Below are positions 1 to 11,727 of a stretch of DNA of 64,000 nucleotides, one piece after another. Below the pieces are notes generated by a model. That model was not told where the DNA came from, did no database searches, and worked only from the letters and a program-made list of their open reading frames with translations. The translations under genes were made by a program, and so were the position numbers. This DNA is from Azolla caroliniana (lineage: Eukaryota > Plantae > Polypodiophyta): contig JBHGNT010000059.1 of NCBI GenBank assembly GCA_043228905.1, forward strand, positions 1 to 64,000. The letters are read 5' to 3'. The stretch's first letter is position 1; every line of letters starts with the position of its first letter.

Positions 1-1571
1 TTTTTTAAAAGAACATATATGTCAAGGGTCCTTATTTCGCCCTCATTTACCAAAACTATGTTGGTACGTTACCTAACCTCAAGTCTCGTAATTACGATGG
101 CATACGCCAAAGTGCAACCTAATGGTCAAGCCAAATGAGCCCTCGTTTCGTAGTACGCTCACGTGGGCCATCACATGGTCACATCATTACGAATGCCTCT
201 TGTAAGAACGAGCTCATGGTGGCATCGTATCCATGTAACGAGGGAGGGATGTTGGATACGTGCGTCATTGGAGCGACCTCACTTGAAGTGGGTCAAGCCC
301 TACGTACTCAACATCATTTTGGCTATTGGCGTTTCTTTACGTAACGAAATCGAGGTTGTCAATGGGGTTATCAACAATAAAAAAATGTTGAAAAAGGGAT
401 GGTGACAACGCCATTCTCACAAAAATGTGAGGACGGCCACCAACATCCTTTTCCCGACCATGACAACTTTCGATATAATCACGTAATAACGAATATACAC
501 ATATGTTTACTTATCACATATATACGATCAAATACGTATATAGGTAACCACATATGCCTATATTAAACATATCGTTATAGTAAATAGCCACAAATGATAT
601 GATCGAGATACGTAATCGAGGTATATACCTCTACGCACACGAAACATCCACAAATAAGAGATCATCGTAATACGCAATGCAGGTATTGACCTCTTACGCA
701 TACGAGACCAAACGCATATCGTTTACAGCAAATCAAGGTATTAAACTCATACGCAAACGTAACATATGTTCATGAACGTAATACGTAATTGAGGTATTAA
801 CCTCGTACGCATACGACACTCATCACATATTATCAATATGTCAAACGAGGTATTGACCTCGTGCACATATGTAAACGTTTTAGATCATCAATTAAAGACC
901 ACTACAACATCATTGACTTAATGAAAAAAATGACATATAAACTAAACACATGATTAGATGGGAGAAGAGAGAATAGAAAGAAAAATTATGGAAAGAGTTA
1001 CGGAAGTTCTTTATTGATCGTTGTCTGGATCAAGGCCAACCGCACAACGATCGATCAGCATCAATCAAAAGACAAATGAAAAACAAAGAAACATTAGTAC
1101 AAAACTCTGATACCAAATATTATAGATCTAGGTACTAAAGTAAGCTTAAGATAAGGATAAAGAAATGAAAGATAGAAAGGAGAAAGAGAAAGAAGGGTGC
1201 CGATCCACCCGACCACCCCCGAGCGAAGGGATCGAGACGGACTCGAGCCTCGATCGGCGTCCCATACCACCGTCGTGGCGTCGAGTCATACCTGGTGCTG
1301 GCGCGCTCGCTACAAGAGTTGACCCACCACACGAGCAGAGTCTCGATGTAGTCAAAAGATGATCAAATGAGGGTAGCTAGGCCTCTTATTTATAGCGATA
1401 CCCAAGGCCCCCAGGCAAGTTCACACTTGACCTAATGGGTTGTCTCAATCCCGAGGATTAAAAGTAATCCTCCCCTTCTTTACACTCTCGTTTAACCCTC
1501 ACACTTATCCACGTGTATAGAATACTACGGTAAATCTTACCACGGGATATTATATGGTCATGCCCGTAACA
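1..1571 (-). mobile_element. Ty3/Gypsy element C: 5' LTR (1118-1571), PBS (1105-1115) and start of the long 5' leader, running off the left edge
   Basis: 1-1571 is a close copy of ~2812-4386. On the minus strand the LTR starts TGTTACGGGCA at 1571 and is followed by TGGTATCAGAG (tRNA-iMet PBS) at 1105-1115. Confidence 0.85.
1118..1571 (-). repeat. LTR (~454 bp), copy 1
   Basis: Direct repeat of 3931-4386; minus strand TGTTAC...CTATAATA; contains TATAAATA (plus tatttata ~1387-1394); PBS 2 nt downstream. Confidence 0.85.
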
Positions 1572-1968
1572 CCACGCCACCAAGCGGCGGCCTTACCTCG
1601 AGTTGTCGGCCGATATATGCAATCTTCGTACTATCTGGCGTGGGATAGAGCTCAAAATGAGACTCCCATCGTCCTAGCCATGTGCAGATTGTTTCTTCGG
1701 TTCTTTCCTTTTTGTCTCCCGTATATGGCTTAACGACAAATGATGGTTCACCTTGTTGTTCATCAATTCTATTAGTCTCACGTTGTAGACTAATGACACG
1801 TGCCTCAAGAGCACTCTGAGATTGCCGAAGTTTGGTCATCTGTTGAGCGGTTAAACTAAGGTATTGGCTTATTTGTGCCAAATACATCTGAGTGGACATT
1901 TGTCCAGGAGGACTCCCTTGAGTTCCTTCCGCTTGAGCGGATGACATCGGGTCGTTAATGTAAGCCAA
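1572..1968 (-). pseudogene. Retrotransposon gag, N-terminal fragment
   Basis: ORF 1558-1968: coiled-coil-like stretch followed by KPYTGDK...ICTWLGRWESHFELY...KIAYIGRQL, resembling the start of a Ty3/Gypsy capsid domain; lies downstream of PBS and leader. Confidence 0.7.
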
Positions 1969-2003
1969 GAAAGATTATTTCTAGAAAAGAAATAGGATAA
2001 GGT

Positions 2004-2573
2004 CATAACATCATGTCGTGATGTAAACATATCATGGGCAAACATTAATCGATATCATGATCTCACGTCAATACCCCTCTATACGTATGAGATCAGGTTC
2101 AAGATCAGGTTATTATGGTAACACAAAGGTGTTTTAAAAACCATGGGGGTGACAATTTAATGTCTTTCCCTGATCTCTATATCGATTTTTTCATGGCAAC
2201 TCCCCGAGGCTCAACCATGTATGTCCGCGTGATGAGTAGTTTATACACGAAAAAAATGTTAACAATAAACTATGTTTCTGTGCCCACATAACATCATGTC
2301 GTGATGTAAACATATCATGGGCAAACATTAATCGATATCATGATCTCACGTCAATACACCTCTAGACGTATGAGATCAGGTTCAAGATCAGGTTATTATG
2401 GTAACACAAAGGTGTTTTAAAAACCATGGGGGTGACAATTTAATGTCTTTCCCTGATCTCTATATCGATTTTTTCATGGCAGCTCCCCGAGGCTCAACCA
2501 TGTATGTTCGCGTCATGAGTAGTTTATACACGAAAAAAATGTTAACAATAAACTATGTTTCTGGGCCCACATA
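2004..2573. repeat. 283-bp tandem duplication in the retroelement leader
   Basis: cataacatcatgtcgtgatgtaaac... starts at 2004 and again at 2287, with only a few substitutions between copies. Confidence 0.9.
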
Positions 2574-3930
2574 TGTAGTTTCGACACTTTAAGTGCTATT
2601 ACGAGGACCCCGAGGTGCACTTAGACCTCAAGTCTAAACATGTGTTATAGTCATATGTATCAATGATATTGTATGGTCTTGGTCATATTTGAACTCGAGA
2701 CCTCGAGAACGAATACATTAAACACTTGAGCCAACCAAGTAAGTTGCTCTTCTCGAATGCTTAATGTTTGATGCGTATAAGAGATATGCGAGGCATTTGA
2801 TCATATATGTTTTTTTTAAAAGAACATATATGTCAAGGGTCCTTTTTTCGCCCTCATTTACCAAAACTATGTTGGTACATTACCTAACCTCAAGTCTCGT
2901 CATTACGATGGCATATGCCAAAGTGCAACCTAATGGTCAAGCCAAATGAGCCCTCATTTCGTAGTAGGCCCACGTGGCCCATAACATGGTCACGTCATTA
3001 CGAATGCCTCTCCTAAGAACGAGCTCATGGTGGCATTGTATCCATGTAACGAGGGAGGGATGTTGGATACGTGTGTCGTTGGAGCGACCTCACTTGAAGT
3101 GGGTCAAGCCCTACGTACTCAGCATCATTATGGCTATAGGCGTTTCTTTACGTAACGAAATCGAGGTCATCAACGGGGTTGTCAACAATCAAAAATTGTT
3201 GAAAAAGGGATGTTGACAACGCCATTCTCACACAAATGTGAGGACGGCCACCAACATCCTTTTCCCGACAAGGACAACTTTCGATATAATCACGTAATAA
3301 CGAATATACACATATGTTTACTTATCACATATATACGATCAAATACGTATATAGGTAACCACATATGCCTATATTAAACATATCGTTATATTAAATAGCC
3401 ACAAATGATGTGATCAAGATACGTAATCGAGGTATATACCTCTACGCACACGAAACATCCACAAATAAGAGATCATCGTAATACGCAATGGAGGTATTGA
3501 CCTCTTACGCATACGAGACCAAACACATATCCTTTACAACAAATCAAGGTATTAAACTCATACGCAAACGTAACATATGTTCGTGAACATAATACGTAAT
3601 TGAGGTATTAACCTCGTACGCATACAACACTCATCACATATTATTTATATGTCAAACGAGGTATTGACCTCGTACACATATGTAAACGTTTTAGATCATC
3701 AATTAAAGACCACTACAACATCATTGACTTAATGAAAAAAAATGACATATAAACTAAACACATGATTAGATAGGAGAAGAGAGAATAAATAAAAAAAATT
3801 ACGGAAAGAGTTACCGAAGTTCTTTGTTGATCGTTGTCTGGATCAAGGCCGATCGCACATCGATCGATCACCATCAATCAAAAGACAAATGAAAAACAAA
3901 GAAACATTAGTACATAAATCTGATACCAAA

Positions 3931-4386
3931 TATTAGAGATCTAGGTACTAAAGTAAGCTTAAGATAAGGATAAATTAATGATAGATAGAAAGGAGAAACA
4001 GAAAGAAGGGTGCCGATCTACCCGACCACCCCTGAGTGAAGGGATCGAGACGGACTCGAGCCTCGATCGGCATCCCATACCACCGTCGTGGCGTCGAGTC
4101 GTACCTGGTACTTGCGCACTCGCTACAAGAGTTGACCCACCACAATAGCAGAGTCTCGATGTAGTCAAAAGATAGTCAAATGAGGGTAGCTAGGCCTCTT
4201 ATTTATAGCGATACCCAAGGCCCCCAGGCAAGTTCACACTTGGCCTAATGGGTTGTCTCAATCTCGAGGATTTAAAAGTAATCCTCCCCTTCTTTACACT
4301 CTCGTTTAACCCTCACACTTATCCACGTGTATAGAATACTATGGTAAATTCTCACCACAGGGTATTAAATGGTCATGCCCGTAACA
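3931..4386 (-). repeat. LTR (~456 bp), copy 2
   Basis: Direct repeat of 1118-1571, adjacent to the PBS at 3919-3928. Confidence 0.85.
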
Positions 4387-4549
4387 CCCATGCAAGTTCA
4401 CACTTGGCCTAATGGGTTGTCTCAATGCCGCGAATTAAAAGTAATCCTCCCCTTCTTTACACTCTCGTTTAACCCTCACACCTATCCACATGTATAGAAT
4501 ACTATGGTAAATTCTGACCACGTGATATTATATGGTCATGCCCGTAACA
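4387..4549 (-). repeat. Partial 3' LTR (first ~160 bp) of element A
   Basis: Third copy of gcaagttcacacttggcc...atgcccgtaaca, directly adjacent to the polypurine tract. Confidence 0.85.
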
Positions 4550-4565
4550 TACTCCCCCCCCTCTT
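4550..4565 (-). other. Polypurine tract (PPT)
   Basis: Minus strand AAGAGGGGGGGGAGTA immediately precedes the LTR start TGTTAC. Confidence 0.85.
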
Positions 4566-7500
4566 TAAAACATTGCACTCTTGCAATGGAAAGTTAGGGA
4601 AGTTAGTTCTAAGAGTATTTTCGCGTTCCCATGTGGCATCTATGATAGATTTATCCATCCATTTAATTTTAAATTCTCAAATTATTTTAGTACGCAGATT
4701 TTTTGTTTTAACATCTAGAATTCTTTCTGGTACATGTGGTTTAGAAGATAATTCTGTAGAAGTAACCAGAGTTTCAGTTGCAACTGTATTGTCACCAAAA
4801 CCTAGAAGTTCTTTTAGACGACTTACATGAAAATTTGGATGAATTTCAACGCCATCGGGAAGAGCGAGACAATAGGCTGATGAACCAATGCGTTTGAGGA
4901 CTGTAAAAGGTCCACAAAACCGCGGGGATAACTTAGCGCACTTACCCGTAGACAATGTCTTCGAATTGTGAGGTATACGTAAAAATACTTTCTTTCTAGG
5001 GTTGAATACACGAGGTTGCCTATTATGATCAGCGTAAGAAGGCACTCTATCTTGAGCTATCTTTATATTATCTCGTGCAATATGCAACATATCTTGCATA
5101 TCCCGAAGAAAGTTTTGCGTACTTCGCAACTCATCATAATGTATATTAACATCAATCGGGGTTCGTAGCTGAAAACCATACATCAACATAAAAGGACTAT
5201 ATCCCATCGATATATGCTTGGAGCTGTTATAAGCAAACTCCAAAATTGGGAGATAACGTTCCCATTTTGTTGGTTTTACACCAACGTATGCTCGAAGCAT
5301 GTCCTCAATAATTTGATTTACTCGTTCTGTCTGTCCATCGGATTGAGGATGATCCGTGGAGCTCATGCTCAATGTAGTTTCTAACTTCTTGAAGACTTGC
5401 GTCCAGAAGTCACTAGTAAACTTTGGATCTCGATCACTCACGATATCCATCGATAACCCATAAAAACGAAATAACTCGTCAACGTATTGGTAAGCCAATT
5501 CGGGAGCTGTTACCGTGGTTTTAGTAGCAATAAATCTGGTCATTTTAGTTAGCCTATCAACCACAACCCAGATGGCATCATGGTGTTTTTGGGTGCGAGG
5601 AAGGCTAACAATAAAATACATGGATATACTTTCCCATTTATTATTGGGAATGTCGAAGGGATGTAAAAGTCATGCGGCTTTAAGTCGCTTGGTTTTGTTA
5701 ACCTCACATTGGTGACATTTAGTTACACATCTATGTATGTCAGGGTGCATCCTAGGCCAATAGAATTGAGTGGAGATTAGAACGAGTGTATGATGTATTC
5801 TAGGGTGCCCTGCTGAGGGTGCATCATGGCATTAAAAAAGAATTCTCTTTTTGACCTCAGGCAAATCTGGAACACAAACCTTCCCATTACGGTACATTAG
5901 ACCGTTAGCAATGTGGAAGTATTCCTTTGACGATGTGGTGGTGTCTATTCCAGACTCAACTCTTGCCCAATATTTTACAAAATAAATGTCATCAGGATAC
6001 TTTCCTCGAAGGTGATCATAAAGATCTGATGTTATTTTAGTGAAGCTAAGCATGTTAACTTCGCGGATGCGACTTATTGCATTAGCGACAATGTTCATGG
6101 AACCTTTACAATATCGTATGGAAAAATCAAAGTCCTGGATGAGATCAGCCCATCGTGCCTTACGACCTTTCAGGTCTTGTTGGTCACAAAAATATTTCAA
6201 GGAGTCGTGGTCCGTAGTTACCACAAAGCGATTTCCATAAAGATAATGGCGCCATGTTTTGAGCGCATGTATAACTGCAAATAATTCATTTTCTTGAACG
6301 GTATACCGACATTGAGTAGAATCAAGTTTCTTACTCTCGAATGCTATTGGTTTACCATCTTGATACAAGACAACACCTATAGCATAATCGCTTGCATCGG
6401 TTTCAACCTCAAAAGGTTTTGAAGGATCGGGTAAAAGAAGTGAAGGAGTCTTGCAAACCAGGTCCTTGAGTTCCTTAAAGGCAAGGTCTAGTGTAGCATT
6501 CCACACAATAGGTTTTGTAGACTTACGCGTTTGAACTTTTAAAAGATCAGTAAACGGCGTCGTCAATTAGGAGTAATTACGAAGAGACTTTCGCAAAAAC
6601 CCCACAAAACCAAGGAATGATCAAACTTCTCGAATATTCCGAAGAGTGGGCCAAAGCTTGATTTTCTCGATGCGAGAAGGATCAATTTCAACTCCTCGTT
6701 CGGTTATGAGATGTCCTAGATAAGTAATTGATTTCTTGAAGAACTCACATTTTGAGATCTTCACATAAAACTGTTTGTCACGCAATGTTTGTAAAACAAA
6801 GCAGACACGTTTAGCATGTTCTTGTAATGTACGGATATAAACTAAAATATCATCAAAGAAAATAACAACAAATTTTCCAAGTTGTTATCGGAAAATGTCA
6901 TTCATTTCTTGTTGAAATGTAGTCGGAGCATTGGTCAAACCAAAAGGCATAACCAAAAACTCATAATGGCCATAGCGTGTACGAAATGTCGTTTTTGGAA
7001 CGTCGTCCTCATTTATACGAATTTGATGGTAGCCAGTATGGAGATCAAGATTCATAAAATACCAAGCTCCCTGGAGACGGTCAATTAGATCGTCAGCCCG
7101 GGGCAATGAATACGAATTCTTGATCGTCACTTTATTCAAGCGTCGATAATTAATACACATACGCCATGTGCCCTCTTTCTTTTTAACCAAGAGAACTGAT
7201 GCATCCCATGGAGATTTACTATAACGTATATAACCCATTCGTAAATAGTCCTTGAGTTGCTTAGATACCTCATCCTCTTTGGATCGACTTCAGCAATAAG
7301 GAGGTATACTTATTGGTGCAACACCAGGTACAATATCTATACGATGGTCCATATTATGTTTAGGAGGTAACCCATCTGGTACTTCACTCGGAAAAACATC
7401 ACGAAAATCATTTAAGATTTCATCAAGTTGTTGTTGTTCGAAATATGTTAATTGAATCGAGACATTATCAATATTGTAAACGTGAATGTTCGAATCAAAT

Positions 7501-8075
7501 ACACAATAAAATAGAGTAGAAAAAGACAACTCGGATATTGATGGGATTGTTTTTTTACACATTGAATAAAATGAGTACAATCGTTCAGTACAAATGTTAT
7601 TGAATGATGAACCCTATCAATAGATAAAGAAGAGTTTTTATTATAGAACCAGGGATAACCCAGTATTACATCGGTGGTACCAAGATTCATTACATGGAAG
7701 TCTACTTCCTCAATATAAGTATCAATAGAAATTCCTAATGAATGAATCACCCTGTTGATGTATTGTACTCTTCCATCAGCCAAGTGCACTGTATAGGTGT
7801 GATCACTTATGGTGGGTTGGATTCCCCATATCTGAACCAAACGATCATTCACAAAATTGTGTGAGCTTCCCGAATCAAACAAAAATTGTACGGGAGATCC
7901 ATTGATATACTCGTTTGCACGTAGCAAATCATTGGGACCCAATACATAGTGAGGGAAAGAAGATTGACAATTACTTAAATGATGTGTATAGACCTAAAGG
8001 ACATTAGGAATCTGAGCTTTTTGGTCTGCAACTTTAGCTTTGTTGTCGTGCTCTTTTCGTTGGAGCTCATATGAT
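4566..8075 (-). pseudogene. Degenerate Ty3/Gypsy (chromovirus) pol of element A: protease-RT-RNase H-integrase-chromodomain
   Basis: Protease LFDSGSSHNF (7448-7942); [35 protein letters not shown] (~6570-7240); RNase H VETDASDYAIG (5832-6566); integrase VVVDRLTK, IVSDRDPKF, HPQSDGQTERVN, GPF (4677-5621); chromodomain-like PERILD...IKW...DATWE at ~4600-4740. Several stops and frameshifts. Confidence 0.95.
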
Positions 8076-8249
8076 ATGTACTCATGAAAACACATGGCTA
8101 CCTAAGGTCAGTTGGGACCCTTTGCAATGGACATGGTCAAGGAAGCAAACCTATCCCTTTCTTTCAATTCACAACTAGATTGGGTCGCCATATTATAGCC
8201 GCTCAATCCGCCCGAGAGCCGGCTACTGCAAAGGTCTAGCACACATATC

Positions 8250-9230
8250 ATGTTCCTTACACAATTATCACCAAGTTTTGACAGAAACTCTGGAACCAAC
8301 AACACGCGAGCTGAATCACCACTTTCCAATGACTATTAATACATAAGTCACTACTAGTTGGTGCATGACAGCGTGGGAACCTCAGCTCCCCTAATTGTGT
8401 AGTGTGTCCAACTGTATTAAAATCCACGCGACATGCTCTATGGGACTGCCGAGAGTCCCATCGAATATGGTGGGGGGTTGGCCGCTTATTGCAATTATGC
8501 TAGGTGCAAGGCTCAATCAAGTGGGGGAATGTATGTTGGCTATCATGGCAGGCCCCAATTGACAATTATGATCATTAGGAAGAGGGGATGACTTTGGTTA
8601 TTAAAGCACAAGAGATTTTTTTCTCCACCATCGGCAATTTCCACTCAACTCCTATTAGTGCCAAATCTCAAGTTGTGTTGGACTTGGTCAGCCCAATAAC
8701 TCTTTGGATTCTATGGAAACAACGGTGTAGACATGTCTTTTCCAACCAAAGCGCGCAACCAATAATGTTAAGGGAAAAGTACCAGTAAACCCTTGGAAGT
8801 TCGTCTATTTACCAAAATGCCCTTGGAAGTTCCAAATTTACCAAACTACCCCTATGTCCAAAAAATTACACTTTATAAAGTAATTATACACTCAAATCTA
8901 CAAGCCCTATTTACCAAAGATGGAAGAAATGGACTCGAACTAGCCCTATTTACCAAAGATTTGAGTGTATAATTACTTTATAAAGTGTAATTTTTGGATA
9001 TAGGGGTAGTTTGGTAAATTTGGAACTTCCAGGGGCATTCTGGTAAATAGACAAAACTTCTAGGGGTATCCTGGTACTTTTCCCTAATGTTAATGCAAGA
9101 GATATGGAGTGAAGATGTAGCCACTCTAAAGAGCCAATATGATGGCCTCAAGGACGACTCCTATAGAGTTAAAAGACAACGACTAGCCTTTATCCAACAA
9201 TGGTCGTCCTCTCCTTTTCTTGAGGCAGTG
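8250..9230 (+). mobile_element. Degenerate LINE (L1-like) ORF2 C-terminal fragment
   Basis: CVVCPTVLKSTRHALWDCRESHRIW (zf-RVT-like CxxC..H..C) near 8395-8470 and ITLWILWKQRCRHVF near 8695-8740. The frame continues (QPIMLMQEIW) once the MITE and one TSD are removed. Boundaries approximate. Confidence 0.6.
8772..9084. mobile_element. Mutator-like non-autonomous element (MITE), 313 bp
   Basis: ~125-bp terminal inverted repeats (gggaaaagtaccag...cactcaaatct / agatttgagtg...ctggtacttttccc) and a perfect 9-bp TSD taatgttaa at 8763-8771 and 9085-9093. Confidence 0.92.
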
Positions 9231-10043
9231 GGCATCCACATAATAATCTCATCTTTATAACTAATGGAAGGAGTTTTTGATTGGAAAAAAAGAAGAAAAA
9301 AGAGGCTACATACATAATATAGAATATTATGTGCCAAAGATTAAAGTAAGAGGCATAATACACTAAATTACTAGCACATTGTTTCCACATACTTTGTAGC
9401 TCTACTTCATTCTCTACTCGAGCTGTTGATGATTACAAGCAATGATGTAGTACTAGATATCAGGACACGATCATCCTTAGGTCTCATCATTGTTGACCTC
9501 GATCTCCCCTTCTACCTATCACATACGTTTAATTAATTAGGCAAGTCATTGAGCCTTGCGTTTACTGAAAATGGTTTAAAGTTTTAAATTCTTTCAAAAC
9601 CTCATAAACAAGGTACGTTAGGGTGAAGATTGGTCGACAAAATTTTAACAAATAAGAGAGGAGAGGGTGTTAGAGAGATATGTGTGTGTGGATATTGTTT
9701 GAGATTGACATGCAAAAGATGAGCGTAGGTGGTTGTTTCACAAGGGTGGTTTATTGATTGGAGACCAATAAGAGATATGGTGAAGGCGACGAACCGGACC
9801 CACTAACTAGATAGATAGCCATAGACTCATCACTTACATACATACTTTTGAGAGGGAGGGCAAAGGAAAGGAGGAGCTTTTTTGTTGGGTGTTTGTTGGT
9901 GGTGGTCACTGGTCTGGGCGCTTCCCCCCCGCCCCCCTAGGAAGAGAGGAGAGGGAAAAGACAGCAGCAGCACCAAAGAAACACAGGTTACACAAAACAA
10001 CATAAGAAACGGAACTAGAGGAGGATCGGAGAGCTTCCCTCTC

Positions 10044-11076
10044 ATGGCTCCCCAAGCTTCTCTGAAAGCCAAGTATGAACCTTCCTTCTCTTCCTCCCAG
10101 ACACAGGCTGCCTCTGCTACTCTTACTTTTGGTTTTGGGGAAGATTTGAAACTCAAGGCCTCTTGCACCGATCGCACCTTCGACAACTACAACAACAACA
10201 ATGAAGCCCTCACTGGCCTCTCCCTCTCCATCGAGAAGCCCGGCCTCTTCATCATCGACTATGATGTCCCCAAACAGGTAGGATGCATAAATCACTAAAA
10301 TAATTACACACACACAGATTTAGTTCCAGAATCCCCCCTCTGAGTGTCTAATTACATGTGTTTTATATCTACTTTTTTGAGCAATCGTATGCTCCTTTCC
10401 TTTCCCGAGGTATTTCAGAGTTTTTGCTTCCCCTTCTTCTTGTGTTCAATTCGACTCTGTTAAAAAGAAAAAAAAGTTTATAAAACTTTTTTGTGCATAG
10501 GCTGCCAGATTCCAGTTCATGAACTCAGCCAAGGTGTATGGGAAGCAATTGAAGCTAACCTACATTCACCCTCAAAAGGCCAATGCCACCCTTCTCGAGA
10601 CTTCATTGGTTTTTGATCCTGCCAACAAATTAAGTGGAAAATACAGTCTTGATTCTGGGAAAGGCTCACTGAAGTATTCGTACACACACACTTCAGGTGT
10701 TACACTTGAGCCTGCCTATGATTTCGGCTCCGATGCTTGGAGCTTTGCTGCATCCCGAAAGGTAGGCTCAGAGAATACACTGAAAGCTGCATATGAGACT
10801 TCAAACAAGGTTTTAGACCTGGAATGGACAAAGGAATCTAAGGAAACAGGGTCTTTCAAGGTATACACATGTTTGTTCTTTTCATAAATATCTTGTGCGT
10901 TTGCTACTCACGTTGTGCAATGCCAATCTATTGCACATATTTTCAGTGCTCATATTACCGCATTACATCCTGTATTTTGCATTTCTTTCGTTTGATAGGT
11001 CTTGTGCACTGTCAGTCCAAACGAGAAGAAGGTTCCCAAGTTAACCTTTGAAAGAACGTGGGACCTGGAGATTTGA
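10044..11076 (+). CDS. OEP24: Chloroplast outer envelope pore protein 24 (OEP24-like), 3 exons, 223 aa
   Basis: Exons 10044-10277, 10501-10860, 10999-11076 with GT-AG introns in frame. Motifs ASLKAKY, DLKLKAS, EKPGLFIIDYDVPK, RFQFMN, LTYIH, DPANKLS, KYSY, PKLTFERTWDLE match the OEP24 beta-barrel family. Confidence 0.9.
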
Positions 11077-11693
11077 AAGCATTTGAAGATGAGTAATTTC
11101 ATTCCGACGAGCCTCTATGATAAACTTGACTTGAAAAACCATGTCCTTGTTTTTGTTATGTCATCAGTACCCATTATGTGGCTCATCTTTTTATTCTTTT
11201 TTCGAAATTGGGTGTTAATGTCAAAACCCTGAAAAAACAAATTCGCCTGCCAAATTTAAGTATACCTTCTCTACAAATAAGATTAATAAATTTCCTTGCG
11301 TTCTGTCATAGGCTGCTTGTTGTGCCTTTTCTCTGCACCATTACTAGTTATTTACATATAATTTTATGCACAATTATCACAATTAGTACAAAATTAGGAA
11401 GACTCTGTTTGTTTCTTCTTCATTTTTTACCAAATTTCTCATTAACATCTACAACTCATTATGATGCTCTGGTAACTTGGCAAAGACTCAAAAGGCATGA
11501 AGCTTTTTCTCCTTGAAAAACTCGACCTTGTAGGAAATGGTCATTTTTCAATGGCGTGATTTGTTTATGTATTATAATGTTGGTTATCTGAGACATTAAA
11601 CCACTGGGCTGGCAAACGATATATCGCAAGGCTCGAATATTTTCACCATCCTGAATATCATCATCAACTCAATCCAGACATCTTGCTTAAAAT

Positions 11694-11694
<1 letters not shown>

Positions 11695-11726
<32 letters not shown>
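11695..11726. repeat. (TA)n microsatellite
   Basis: Visible (TA)n run with one interruption. Confidence 0.85.

Positions 11727-11727
<1 letters not shown>

Larger units (their letters stand above)
1572..4386 (-). mobile_element. Ty3/Gypsy element B: 5' LTR (3931-4386), PBS (3919-3928), ~1.95-kb leader and N-terminal gag, truncated where element C's LTR begins
   Basis: LTR + TGGTATCAGA PBS, then a gag-like ORF that stops exactly at the TG terminus of LTR copy 1. Confidence 0.8.

Noticed and set aside
135-3216. Plus-strand 60-80 aa ORFs duplicated at 135-405 and 2764-3216
   Set aside because: They lie antisense within the retroelement leader, have no recognisable motifs and are duplicated only because the element is.
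9882-10043. N-terminal extension of OEP24 from the ORF-track start at 9882
   Set aside because: That start is TTG; family similarity begins at the ATG at 10044.
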